Origin: an uncultured Chloroflexia bacterium
GTDB taxonomy: Bacteria > Chloroflexota > Anaerolineae > Anaerolineales > UBA4823
DNA length: 64,000 nucleotides
Assembly (NCBI GenBank): GCA_963753725.1
Contig: CAVWDI010000012.1
Span: 56,320-120,319 of the forward strand
Reading direction: 5' to 3'
The notes beneath the pieces were generated by a model. That model ran no database searches and had not been told where the DNA came from. It saw only the letters and a program-made list of their open reading frames with translations. Positions 19,027 through 27,249 of this stretch are shown in pieces; within the stretch, counting starts at the first letter, position 1, and each line of letters starts with the position of its first letter. The translations under genes and the position numbers were made by a program.

Positions 19027-20436
19027 TTACAAAGCAGGTATCTCTTTGTGCCAATCGGTCTCTTGTTCAAAAGCAAATGCGGCTCTCAGAACCTGGCTCT
19101 CCGCCCAGGGTTTGGACACGATCTGCAGTCCGACCGGGAGACCGCCGGGTGTGAAACCGCACGGTACGGAAATGGCGGGCAGCCCAGTAATATTGAAGGG
19201 TGCGGTATAACGGGTGAGCAGGTGCGCCTGCTCGACTGCATCCGGACCTTCGATAAGCGGGGCTGGAACCGGGGTGGTTGGAGTGAGCAGCACATCATAA
19301 CTTTCGAAAAATCGTTCAAACTGCCGGCGCAGTTCAACCTGCTTCTTTCGAGCCTGGATATATTCCAAAGTATTGGTTTCAACGCCCAGCTGCAGGCGCT
19401 TCAAAACATCGGCGCCGAATCCATCCGGATCTTCTTTCAGCCGCTCTTTGTGGGCAGCTGCAGCGTCACTGACGGTGATTAAACCATTCGATCGTGCGGC
19501 ATCGCGTGCGCCCGGGAAGGGAACCAATTCGACGTGAGCTCCTATATCTTCGAATATTTGACCTGCACGCTCCACACACAGGTTAACTTCACCCGATGTT
19601 CGTTCGAAAAAGTCATCATCAGCCATGGCAATTCGCCAATCTTTTACCCCTTCTGTAATGTGGGATAAATAATCACCTGCAGGATAATTAACCGAATACG
19701 AATCATGTGGATCGTAACCAGCAGCAGCGGAGAGCAATAATGCAGCATCCAGCACGCTGCGCGCCATCGGTCCTGCGTGATCCAGGTTCCAACTGAGAGG
19801 GAGAACGCCTTTCAGGCTGATGCGCCCATAAGTCGGTTTAAGGCCAACTGTGTTACACAGTGAGGATGGGATGCGGATCGATCCTCCAGTATCGCTGCCC
19901 ATTGATCCAAAAATAAATCCAGCCGCCAATGCCGCCGCTGATCCTCCGGACGAACCTCCCGTGATTCGTTCTATCGCCCATGGATTCCGGCAGGCTCCAA
20001 AATGCGGGTTGACATTAGTTACTCCCAGGGCTATTTCGTGCAGGTTAAGCTTCCCAAGGGAAATCACCCCAGCCGCGCTGAGCTTTTGGACAACCGTGCT
20101 GTCCTTTTGGGGGATGTGGTTTTTGAAGAAAGTTGATCCGGCTGTCGTGAGAATGCCAGCGGTCTCATACAGATCTTTGTATGCGATCGGGATACCATAA
20201 AGAGGGGATAGTGCCTTAATCTCAGAAGGTTCCATACGCTGTAGAGCGATTTCGGCCCGCCTGGCTTTTTGGAGAGCCAGATCGGCTGTGATTGTGATGA
20301 AACTGTTTATGGTTTCATCATACCTGCTGATCCTGGTTAAACAAGCTTGGACAAGTTCGACTGGGGAAACCTCTTTATTGATAATTAGCCTGGAAACCTC
20401 GGAGAGGTTTTTGGTGGTTATTTCATATTCTGTCAT
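19027..20436 (-). CDS. Amidase (amidase-signature family, GatA-like)
   Basis: 469 aa with GGSSGGSAAALAAG and a Ser-cisSer-Lys context (GSDTGGSIRIPS). Confidence 0.85.
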   Translation of the reverse strand: MTEYEITTKNLSEVSRLIINKEVSPVELVQACLTRISRYDETINSFITITADLALQKARRAEIALQRMEPSEIKALSPLYGIPIAYKDLYETAGILTTAGSTFFKNHIPQKDSTVVQKLSAAGVISLGKLNLHEIALGVTNVNPHFGACRNPWAIERITGGSSGGSAAALAAGFIFGSMGSDTGGSIRIPSSLCNTVGLKPTYGRISLKGVLPLSWNLDHAGPMARSVLDAALLLSAAAGYDPHDSYSVNYPAGDYLSHITEGVKDWRIAMADDDFFERTSGEVNLCVERAGQIFEDIGAHVELVPFPGARDAARSNGLITVSDAAAAHKERLKEDPDGFGADVLKRLQLGVETNTLEYIQARKKQVELRRQFERFFESYDVLLTPTTPVPAPLIEGPDAVEQAHLLTRYTAPFNITGLPAISVPCGFTPGGLPVGLQIVSKPWAESQVLRAAFAFEQETDWHKEIPAL

Positions 20437-21047
20437 GGTCTTTTGTTGTGAAGAAATACTTCAAGCTCTTCTAGAGTTTGAGTGGGGTTTGTAAAATGGA
20501 TGGATTCCAATTTCAAATCGCGCGCCCCTTGGATATTCTGCGGGAAATCGTCAATGAACACTGCCTGTTCCGGCCTAACTTTGAGCCGTTCAAGCGTTAT
20601 TTCGTAGATGCGAGCATCCGGTTTCTGGACGCCAACTTCCGCTGAGATTACGATCTCATCGAAAGCATCATCTATATTCCATTGATGAGAGATCATTTCC
20701 CGCAAATCGGAAAATGCGTTGCTGAGCAGCGCGGTTTTGAATCGCGGGCGAAGCGAACGAATGGTATTAACCAGTGATTCGTCCAGGCGATCACCACCCC
20801 AAAAATTATTCTGAAATTCGATGAATTCCGCTGGGGTTAGTTGAAATGGTTCGGTTATATCCTTCCAGTGCTGAACCGCGCTGATTTGACCTAGCTGCGC
20901 TTTTGTGCCCGAATCACTGTTAAAGACAAGCTCTTCCAGTTCGAAGCGCGACAATCCGAAACGGCTCTGCTAATTTCTGTCTTGAGGAGTAATCCTGTGT
21001 TCGAACCAGGACTCCCCCAGGTCCCAAATAAACGCACTTATGTCCAT
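20433..21047 (-). CDS. HAD-superfamily hydrolase (two N-terminal frame breaks, likely indel artefacts)
   Basis: The listed ORF 20433-20954 lacks HAD motif I. Upstream, ATG 21047 opens MDISAFIWDLG, and after correcting the C5/G5 run at 21014-21018 it reads WDLGGVLVRTQDYSSRQKLAEPFGLSRFELEEL, joining the ORF. Motifs SNAF and FIDD are also present. Confidence 0.75.
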
Positions 21048-21127
21048 AAATGTACCTTGTTGATATCGCCTGGTAATTCCATCCCTTATCCTGTGGAAAT
21101 GTGATTGTAACAGATGGAAAAGTGTTA

Positions 21128-22141
21128 TTAGAACGGTAAACGATAGAGGGAAATACGTTTAGTGGATCTAAATCCTACGCTTTCATATAAACGTAAAGCG
21201 CCGCTCAAATTTTTGGTGTCAACACTCAGAGCGGCTTCTTCCATACCGCGTTCTTTTACAGCGGTCAGGCTCATGGCTATCAGAGATTTAGCCAGTCCAC
21301 GGTTCCGCCATGAACGGCGTACACAAATATTTTCTGTGTAACCGCGTTTGCGGTTATAGCTTTGATTTTCTTCAGGATTTATAAAACTCAAAACCAAACC
21401 TGCCACCTGGTCTCCGTCCCATGCGACACGCCATAAGCTTGGGTCGAAATTCGGATCATCGAGCCATTCAGCCACCGAAGGTTCCATGTCTTCGCTAAAT
21501 CCCCAGTGATCTCGAAACGCCTCCCTGCTCGCATCGTTTATGGTCTGGTATTGGTCAGGTTCTACCGGGCGTACTTGCAATCCGGGCGGTAGCGGTAAAT
21601 CTGGAATATCATCCAGGGTTGGTCTGACCATGATAAAGAAATGCCGTACTGTTTTGTATCCTTCACCTTCCAATAACCTGATGGTAGGAGTTTCTGTGTC
21701 GGTGGCGTAGGATTCAAACCAACGACGTTTATTATTTGGATGACCTGCCGCAATTCCTTTTAAGTAATTCTGGTTGTATCGAAACATGCAGCGCCCAATT
21801 CCTTTTCGCCTCCAATCAGGGGAAACAAAACCAAAGTGCTCGTAGATTCGATTCATATCCCCTTCATCATGCCAGGCAGTGCGGCTGTACGCAACTGGTT
21901 TGTTGAACATTTCAGCAATCAGCACATCTTTACACGGGTCGCTGTTTACCAGGTGTTTATAAGAACCAGCGATTTCCTCGGCTGTCGCGTGCCGGTCAAG
22001 TTGATCGACAGCATTGCAGGCGTTTATGATGTCTGCCAGGTGTGGATAATCAGCGACTCCGCTAAACCGGCGGAAAACAAGCCCACCAATTGTCGGCGCT
22101 TCTGGTAATTCGATTGTGTGTTTTAAATTCGTTGCAATCAT
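21128..22141 (-). CDS. Two-domain GNAT-family N-acetyltransferase
   Basis: 337 aa with two acetyl-CoA motifs (RRKGIGRCM and WRNRGLAKSL), a tandem GNAT architecture reminiscent of MshD-like enzymes. Substrate unknown. Confidence 0.8.
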   Translation of the reverse strand: MIATNLKHTIELPEAPTIGGLVFRRFSGVADYPHLADIINACNAVDQLDRHATAEEIAGSYKHLVNSDPCKDVLIAEMFNKPVAYSRTAWHDEGDMNRIYEHFGFVSPDWRRKGIGRCMFRYNQNYLKGIAAGHPNNKRRWFESYATDTETPTIRLLEGEGYKTVRHFFIMVRPTLDDIPDLPLPPGLQVRPVEPDQYQTINDASREAFRDHWGFSEDMEPSVAEWLDDPNFDPSLWRVAWDGDQVAGLVLSFINPEENQSYNRKRGYTENICVRRSWRNRGLAKSLIAMSLTAVKERGMEEAALSVDTKNLSGALRLYESVGFRSTKRISLYRLPF

Positions 22142-22177
22142 AATATTTCCTATAGTAAATACAGTAAGTAAGTTTGA

Positions 22178-23419
22178 TTAAGTTGCCTGGTCTTCACTTT
22201 CGAGACCACCATTTTCTTCTGGAGGGGATTTGAACTTTAACCAAACAGGTATTATCGCTAGGAGCGAAAGCCAGGCTGTCAGTCTGAATGGGAGCTGCGG
22301 GTTAAACCGTTCCCATAGCTGGGCTCCGATTGCCGGAGCCGGGAGTGAAATAATACCCAGGCTGGTGCTCAACAATCCAAAAGCGGTGCCGCGTTGTTTT
22401 TCGGGAACGACTTTACTGGTCAGCGAATCGAACGCCGGGATCATCAACCCGAAACCCATCCCGAGAAGAGCAGCTGCCGCGTAAAATCCTGTAAGACTTG
22501 CGACACGCACAAATACAAAAAAGGCCAGGGCCTGGAAAAGGAAACCAGCAACAATGCTGTAGCGTTCGCCTTTTTTATCCGATAACCAGCCCGACGGGAT
22601 GGTCAAAAGCATCATGAAGAGCCCGAATAGACCTTGCAGCCATCCGATCTGCTGCAGCGATAGACCTCCGATTTCTTCCAGGTAGAGCGGCATCAGGTTG
22701 AACGAAAGGGTCCAGGTGATGTCTCTGATCCCATCAGAAATTAATATCCATGTAAAGATGCCTCCAGCCAACAGCAATCCAAGCATAATGCCGAGGTCTT
22801 TTCGCAGACCGGGAAGGGTTAGTTTACTGGGATTCGATTCGATATCACGGCTGGCAGTGCGAGCCATCCATATCCTTACAATGGTCGCAAGGGTGTACAA
22901 CCCAAAGGAAACAAGCAGCATTAACCTGAAGCCATAGTTATCGGCCAGGAAGCCGCCCAGCGGAGGACCGACTACCGCGACGATCATGAATAAGGTTTCG
23001 GTAAACCCGTACACGCGCGCCCGGTTACCTTCCGTCAATTCCTCGGCGATAAATGCCAGGTAACTGGGCGCGATAAGTGAACGAGTTACCGCGCCCAGCC
23101 CTTCACCGATTAGAGCAAACTGCCATGTTGGAGCGAAGATCAGTCCAACATATCCCAACATTCCAAACAAACTTCCGATGGCGACGCTGCGCAATCTGCC
23201 CAGGTTATCTGATACCCATCCGCCCAGGATTTGCATCGTCAGCGGGATGATCAGTGCGATCGTGAAAAACCAACCGATGTCCACCACGCTGGCGCCCAAA
23301 TCTTTCAAGTAGAGAGGAAGCAGCGGTTCGTACATATGTCCGCCGATATTGGCCAGGATCATAGCTGACATAAACAGCGTCAATCTCTTGTTCCGTAAAG
23401 TGGAGCGAATCGTTTCCAT
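22178..23419 (-). CDS. MFS transporter
   Basis: 413 aa, 12 hydrophobic segments, GWVSDNLGRLR and GWLSDKKGER MFS loop motifs. Confidence 0.85.
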   Translation of the reverse strand: METIRSTLRNKRLTLFMSAMILANIGGHMYEPLLPLYLKDLGASVVDIGWFFTIALIIPLTMQILGGWVSDNLGRLRSVAIGSLFGMLGYVGLIFAPTWQFALIGEGLGAVTRSLIAPSYLAFIAEELTEGNRARVYGFTETLFMIVAVVGPPLGGFLADNYGFRLMLLVSFGLYTLATIVRIWMARTASRDIESNPSKLTLPGLRKDLGIMLGLLLAGGIFTWILISDGIRDITWTLSFNLMPLYLEEIGGLSLQQIGWLQGLFGLFMMLLTIPSGWLSDKKGERYSIVAGFLFQALAFFVFVRVASLTGFYAAAALLGMGFGLMIPAFDSLTSKVVPEKQRGTAFGLLSTSLGIISLPAPAIGAQLWERFNPQLPFRLTAWLSLLAIIPVWLKFKSPPEENGGLESEDQAT

Positions 23420-23454
23420 TTTATGTTTGGTTGATGACTGGTAGATGTTTGTGT

Positions 23455-23676
23455 CTAGCGTAACACATGCCTGGTAAATATCTCAGGATTTTCAGTGGCT
23501 ATCCTTGTGTGAAAGTCGTGCGATATTTTATTCCTGGCGTTATATGTTATGCTGTTTTTCATCGACCGGTTGTGCTTGGAGGAATAATCCTTAAACCAGG
23601 AGTATATATGCTTCCAAACAGGTGATTTCTTCCTATTTTTCTTTTCGATATTTTCTACTGCTACTGCCTTAAACAT
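23455..23676 (-). CDS. Small basic hypothetical protein (73 aa)
   Basis: ATG 23676 is preceded by GGAGG (23683-23687) at 6-nt spacing, immediately after a terminator U-run. Lys/Arg-rich product with no recognised family. The longer ORF-track start at 23703 lies inside the terminator hairpin. Confidence 0.4.
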   Translation of the reverse strand: MFKAVAVENIEKKNRKKSPVWKHIYSWFKDYSSKHNRSMKNSITYNARNKISHDFHTRIATENPEIFTRHVLR

Positions 23677-23687
23677 GATCTGCCTCC

Positions 23688-23720
23688 AAAAAAAATCAGC
23701 CACTGGGATACCCGTGGCTG
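23688..23720 (-). terminator. Intrinsic terminator/attenuator hairpin T2
   Basis: On the minus strand, CAGCCAC-GGGTATCCCA-GTGGCTG followed by AUUUUUUUU. It lies directly upstream of the SD of the 73-aa ORF. Confidence 0.55.
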
Positions 23721-23747
23721 AATACTGATGTGATCTTTAACTTAATC

Positions 23748-23779
23748 AAAAAACCACGGGTGTGGAGCGGCCCGTGGTT
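23748..23779 (-). terminator. Intrinsic terminator T1
   Basis: On the minus strand, AACCACGGG-CCGCTCCACA-CCCGTGGTT followed by UUUUU. Confidence 0.6.
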
Positions 23780-23951
23780 GGTAAACAAAATTAATTTGAT
23801 CTGTTATAGACCAACAGGCGCACTCCGCGAGTGAAGACCGACAACGCCGCTGAGGTCAGCGGGTTAAATCCGGATCAAAATGTTTTCACAAGATACAATC
23901 ATGAAGCGCGTCCTTTCTTACGTTAAGTTAAGATTTTGTTAAGCGGCGATT

Positions 23952-23981
23952 AATATAACACAAAGACAAAGAGTTTGTCAA
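23952..23981 (-). promoter_or_regulatory. Candidate sigma-70-type promoter
   Basis: On the minus strand, TTGACA (23981-23976), an 18-nt spacer, then TATATT (23957-23952), immediately after the stop of the PQQ dehydrogenase gene. It would start a ~195-nt transcript ending at T1. Confidence 0.45.
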
Positions 23982-23995
23982 GGCTTTTTTGAAAT

Positions 23996-25390
23996 TTACC
24001 TTTTTTCTAATAAAAGGATTGAACCAGTGTAATCAACCAGGTAATGCTCCCCAGTTTCATCGACACCGAAGGAGGAAATCCTGGCGATATTATTAAAGAG
24101 CAATTCGTTTTCCCATCTATCCATCCCATCCCGCAGGAGCCCCCACACATTGCCTGAGCAGAAATCACCGTATAAATAGACACCATTGAATTCAGGCAGC
24201 CGCTTTCCCCGATAGACCAGCCCGCCTGTGACAGAACAACCCATATCGTGGCTGTATTCGGCTGCGGGTGGTATTACATCTATAGTATCGGGCGGCTGAG
24301 TTGAGTAGATATGGTTGCCTTCCAGGTAATTCCAACCATAGTTCCCTCCGTTTTCCCCGCCTTTTTGGGAATAATTAACCTCTTCCCATTGGTTCTGGCC
24401 CACATCCGCGATATATAAATCTCCAGTCAGGCTGTCAAAACTAAATCGCCAGGGGTTGCGCAGCCCGTAAGCCCAGATCTCCGGTAGACCGGCCCCAGAA
24501 ATGAAAGGGTTATCCGCAGGGATCGCGTAAGGATTAACCTGGTCCACATTAATGCGCAGTATTTTCCCGAGCAGCGTGTTCAACGATTGTCCATTTCCCA
24601 GAGGATCTCCACCTGAACCGCCGTCCCCTGTTCCTATGTAAAGATAACCATCCGGTCCGAAAGCGACCTGCCCGCCGTTGTGGTTGGCAAATGGTTGGGA
24701 TATCTTCATAAGTATTTCTTCGCTTGACAAGTCCCCCGTGTTTTCATCAGCTCTTGAGCGTTGAAAACGGGCGATGATGGTATCTCCTTCGAGATTTGTG
24801 TAATTCACGAAAAAATAACCATTACGGACATAGTCCGGATGAAAAGCCAGACCTAACAACCCTTGTTCTGAACTACTGCTCCCCACACGATCTTGAATAT
24901 CCATGAAAGGAGCGGGTAAGAGGTTTCCGCCGAGCAATATTCTGATGACGCCAGGTTGTTCTGCGATAAAAATTCGATTGCTATTGTCATTGGCATGGGT
25001 GAGTACCACCGGTTGATGCAGACCACCAACAATCTGCACCCACTGGTAGCCTGCTGGATCCGGCAGCTGATCTACGTAGTTTGGAATGGGATTAGATGTT
25101 ATCAGGGTGGGTGTGGAAATTATCTGATCTGGTTGGTTTTCAACAGGTGAAGTGGATTCAACAGGGGGCGTTGTTTCGGTTAATAAAATAGGATTACTCG
25201 CGATATCGATTGAATTCTCTTGTGTGGAAGGAGGTAGAGCGGGGGTACCAGGATTGAGATTTGAACAAGCAGAGATGAAGATAGTAACCAGTACAAAAGA
25301 GACGAATTTTACAAATCGATAATAGTTCTTTGTATTAATTTGGAGTTCCTCTGAGGAAAACGAACTACTCTTTTTCCCAAAACTCAGCAT
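23996..25390 (-). CDS. PQQ-dependent sugar dehydrogenase (soluble aldose/sorbosone dehydrogenase family), membrane- or lipid-anchored
   Basis: 464 aa. N-terminal hydrophobic segment ending in FISAC, then beta-propeller motifs GLLGLAFHPDY, NHNGGQVAFGPDGYLYIGTGDGG, LLGKILRI and WAYGLRNPWRFSFD. Confidence 0.85.
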   Translation of the reverse strand: MLSFGKKSSSFSSEELQINTKNYYRFVKFVSFVLVTIFISACSNLNPGTPALPPSTQENSIDIASNPILLTETTPPVESTSPVENQPDQIISTPTLITSNPIPNYVDQLPDPAGYQWVQIVGGLHQPVVLTHANDNSNRIFIAEQPGVIRILLGGNLLPAPFMDIQDRVGSSSSEQGLLGLAFHPDYVRNGYFFVNYTNLEGDTIIARFQRSRADENTGDLSSEEILMKISQPFANHNGGQVAFGPDGYLYIGTGDGGSGGDPLGNGQSLNTLLGKILRINVDQVNPYAIPADNPFISGAGLPEIWAYGLRNPWRFSFDSLTGDLYIADVGQNQWEEVNYSQKGGENGGNYGWNYLEGNHIYSTQPPDTIDVIPPAAEYSHDMGCSVTGGLVYRGKRLPEFNGVYLYGDFCSGNVWGLLRDGMDRWENELLFNNIARISSFGVDETGEHYLVDYTGSILLLEKR

Positions 25391-25721
25391 CGACCACCCG
25401 ATCTTCTGGTTCTTCTTCTGGGTCCTGCCATTCCCCCGGAATCACCTTGTCCAGTTCATCCCTGTGCTCCTGGACAACTTCTGGAGGGCAAAGTTCGACG
25501 AATAAATAAGTACCCAGCCAGATAACCATTGCATCATCAATGGGTCCTGGCGCAAGATCCGGAATTATGAAGTATGCTAATGATCCAACAGGTAAAAGTT
25601 TTACAAATGGATTTACCCGTTTATCCACCATCAAAAGAGCAACCAATTTTATATAGTTTGAAAGGTCACCAAAGACCCCACCGCCTGAAGGAACAACCTC
25701 TTTATCTTGCTTGTCAGCCAT
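25365..25721 (-). CDS. DUF1232 (YkvA-like) membrane protein
   Basis: 118 aa. LAYFIIPDLAPGPIDDAMV matches the DUF1232 Y..P.D.IPD ... G..DD core. Confidence 0.75.
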   Translation of the reverse strand: MADKQDKEVVPSGGGVFGDLSNYIKLVALLMVDKRVNPFVKLLPVGSLAYFIIPDLAPGPIDDAMVIWLGTYLFVELCPPEVVQEHRDELDKVIPGEWQDPEEEPEDRVVDAEFWEKE

Positions 25722-25775
25722 ATTTACTCCAAAGATTTGAGGATTATACTATAGCGAGATGAATTTCAAATTAAG

Positions 25776-25808
25776 AACAAAAAGGATGGCCGTGTTAAGC
25801 CATCCTTT
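25776..25808 (-). terminator. Intrinsic terminator after rplT
   Basis: Stem AAAGGATGGC / GCCATCCTTT (25781-25790 / 25799-25808) followed on the minus strand by UUUUUGUUCUU, 19 nt after the rplT stop. Confidence 0.65.
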
Positions 25809-25826
25809 GAGTAGTTAAATTAAATT

Positions 25827-26180
25827 TCAGCTTCCAGGTTGAGCCTGGGACACAACCGCGCTGAAAGCATTCGGGTCCCGCACCGCCAAATCCGCTAACA
25901 TCTTGCGATTGATAGTGATTTCGTTTTGCTTCATATTGTAGATCAAACGGCTGTAAGTCGTACCGTTCAAACGGGCGGCAGCATTTATGCGCGCAATCCA
26001 CAAACGGCGCAGCGTCCTTTTGCGTGTACGCCGGTCACGATGTGCATACCACAGACTTTTCAGCATTGCTTCATTGGCTCGTCGAAATAGCCGGTGCCGG
26101 GTACCGTATTGACCTTTCATCATTTTCAGTACCTTTTTATGGTGTTTTCGGCGAATTTTACCTGTTTTTACTCTCGTCAT
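25827..26180 (-). CDS. rplT: 50S ribosomal protein L20
   Basis: 117 aa. MTRVKTGKIRRKHHKKVLKMMKGQYG ... RLWIARINAAARLNG is unmistakably L20. Confidence 0.95.
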   Translation of the reverse strand: MTRVKTGKIRRKHHKKVLKMMKGQYGTRHRLFRRANEAMLKSLWYAHRDRRTRKRTLRRLWIARINAAARLNGTTYSRLIYNMKQNEITINRKMLADLAVRDPNAFSAVVSQAQPGS

Positions 26181-26301
26181 TTTATCTCTCCTGCGGTCAC
26201 CTGCGCGCCGGTATTCTATTGATACCTGTTAGAAGCACACAGAAAGCGCAATAATTAATTGTCCTGATATGGTTAATTTCTGATGGATAACCCAATACTG
26301 G

Positions 26302-26538
26302 CTATCCGCCGGCTTTCATTGAAGGGGCTAAACGTTTGATTCGTTTCTTGTATCCACGACCTTTAACGGGGATCATCTCACTGAACAGACGTTTTGTGCG
26401 CTTGGAGGTCCTGCGGCGAAGGTGGCTTTTCCCACCTTTGGTGCGCACCAGTTTCCCACTTCCGGTCAGCCGGAATCGTTTGGCAGTTGCTTTATGGGTT
26501 TTTAGTTTATATTTCTTTCCTGTTTTCTTGCGAGCCAC
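26302..26538 (-). CDS. rpmI: 50S ribosomal protein L35
   Basis: 78 aa. KTHKATAKRFRLTGSGKLVRTKGGKSHL is the L35 core. GTG start at 26538 with AGGAGA RBS, and the position between infC and rplT fits. Confidence 0.9.
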   Translation of the reverse strand: MARKKTGKKYKLKTHKATAKRFRLTGSGKLVRTKGGKSHLRRRTSKRTKRLFSEMIPVKGRGYKKRIKRLAPSMKAGG

Positions 26539-26560
26539 GATCTTTCTCCTGTCACATAAA

Positions 26561-26591
26561 ATACCGCGGATTTCAATTTCATCCGCGGAAT
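26561..26591 (-). terminator. Hairpin between infC and rpmI (possible attenuator)
   Basis: Stem ATTCCGCGGAT / ATCCGCGGTAT with a 9-nt loop, followed by UUUUAU on the minus strand. Located in the 99-nt infC-rpmI spacer just before the rpmI RBS. Confidence 0.4.
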
Positions 26592-26637
26592 GTTTCTAAA
26601 TTCTTTTTAATGAGCTTAGATATTCAGCGTATAAGTA

Positions 26638-27166
26638 TTATTTCTTCTTTCCTGATTTTGAAGGCGCTAATACCATAAGCATTGTCCTGCCTTCTAAGGA
26701 TGGCGCCTGTTCTACAATTGCTACATCAGACAAGTCTTCGGCCACTTGTTTTAGATCTTCTAGCGCTAATTCCGGATAAGTTATTTCACGTCCTCGAAAA
26801 CGAATTCGAACCTTGACTTTCTTTCCGCTCTCTAACCAGCGTTTTGCGGCCCGAACTTTTAAGATTACGGTGGTGTTCATTCGTTTTTGGTCGTAGGCGA
26901 ATTTCTTTTACCTCGATTTTGGTTTGTGACCTTCGGGCTTCGCGTTCTTTCTTTGCACGCTCGTAAATAAATTTTCCAAAATCCATCACCCGGCATACGG
27001 GTGGTGTAGCATTGGGAGCAATTTCTACTAAATCGAGTTCTGCTTCACGAGCCAGTCGTTGGGCATCTTGGATGGAAACTACTCCTACATTCTGTCCATC
27101 GGCTCCGATCAATCTTACTTCTCTTGCCCTTATGGTTTCATTTACCCGATAGTTTGTCGCGCTGAT
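26638..27166 (-). CDS. infC: Translation initiation factor IF-3 (non-AUG start; one frame break at the T4 run 26857-26860, likely indel artefact)
   Basis: Fragments 26786-27112 and 26638-26880 join as ...[38 protein letters not shown] once one base is removed from the A4/T4 run. The N-terminal [21 protein letters not shown] is in frame with an ATC at 27166-27164, 6 nt after GAGGAG. No in-frame ATG/GTG/TTG precedes the conserved N-terminus. Confidence 0.85.
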
Positions 27167-27220
27167 ATTACTCTCCTCTCGATCGAATTATTTCTGATCG
27201 GTTATAAACAAGTGTTGGGC

Positions 27221-27249
27221 ATCATACCAAAAAACAAATGAATCGTCAA
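27221..27249 (-). promoter_or_regulatory. Candidate promoter for infC-rpmI-rplT
   Basis: On the minus strand, TTGACG (27249-27244), a 17-nt spacer, then TGgTATGAT (extended -10, hexamer at 27226-27221), immediately after the thrS stop. Confidence 0.5.

Noticed and set aside
23704-23945. Assignment of the structured leader to a known riboswitch class, or to SRP, 6S or tmRNA.
   Set aside because: No consensus core I know is present (TPP CUGAGA, guanidine, fluoride, preQ1, ZTP, c-di-GMP, glycine, the SRP GGAAGCAGCC-type motif). It is reported only as an unclassified candidate.
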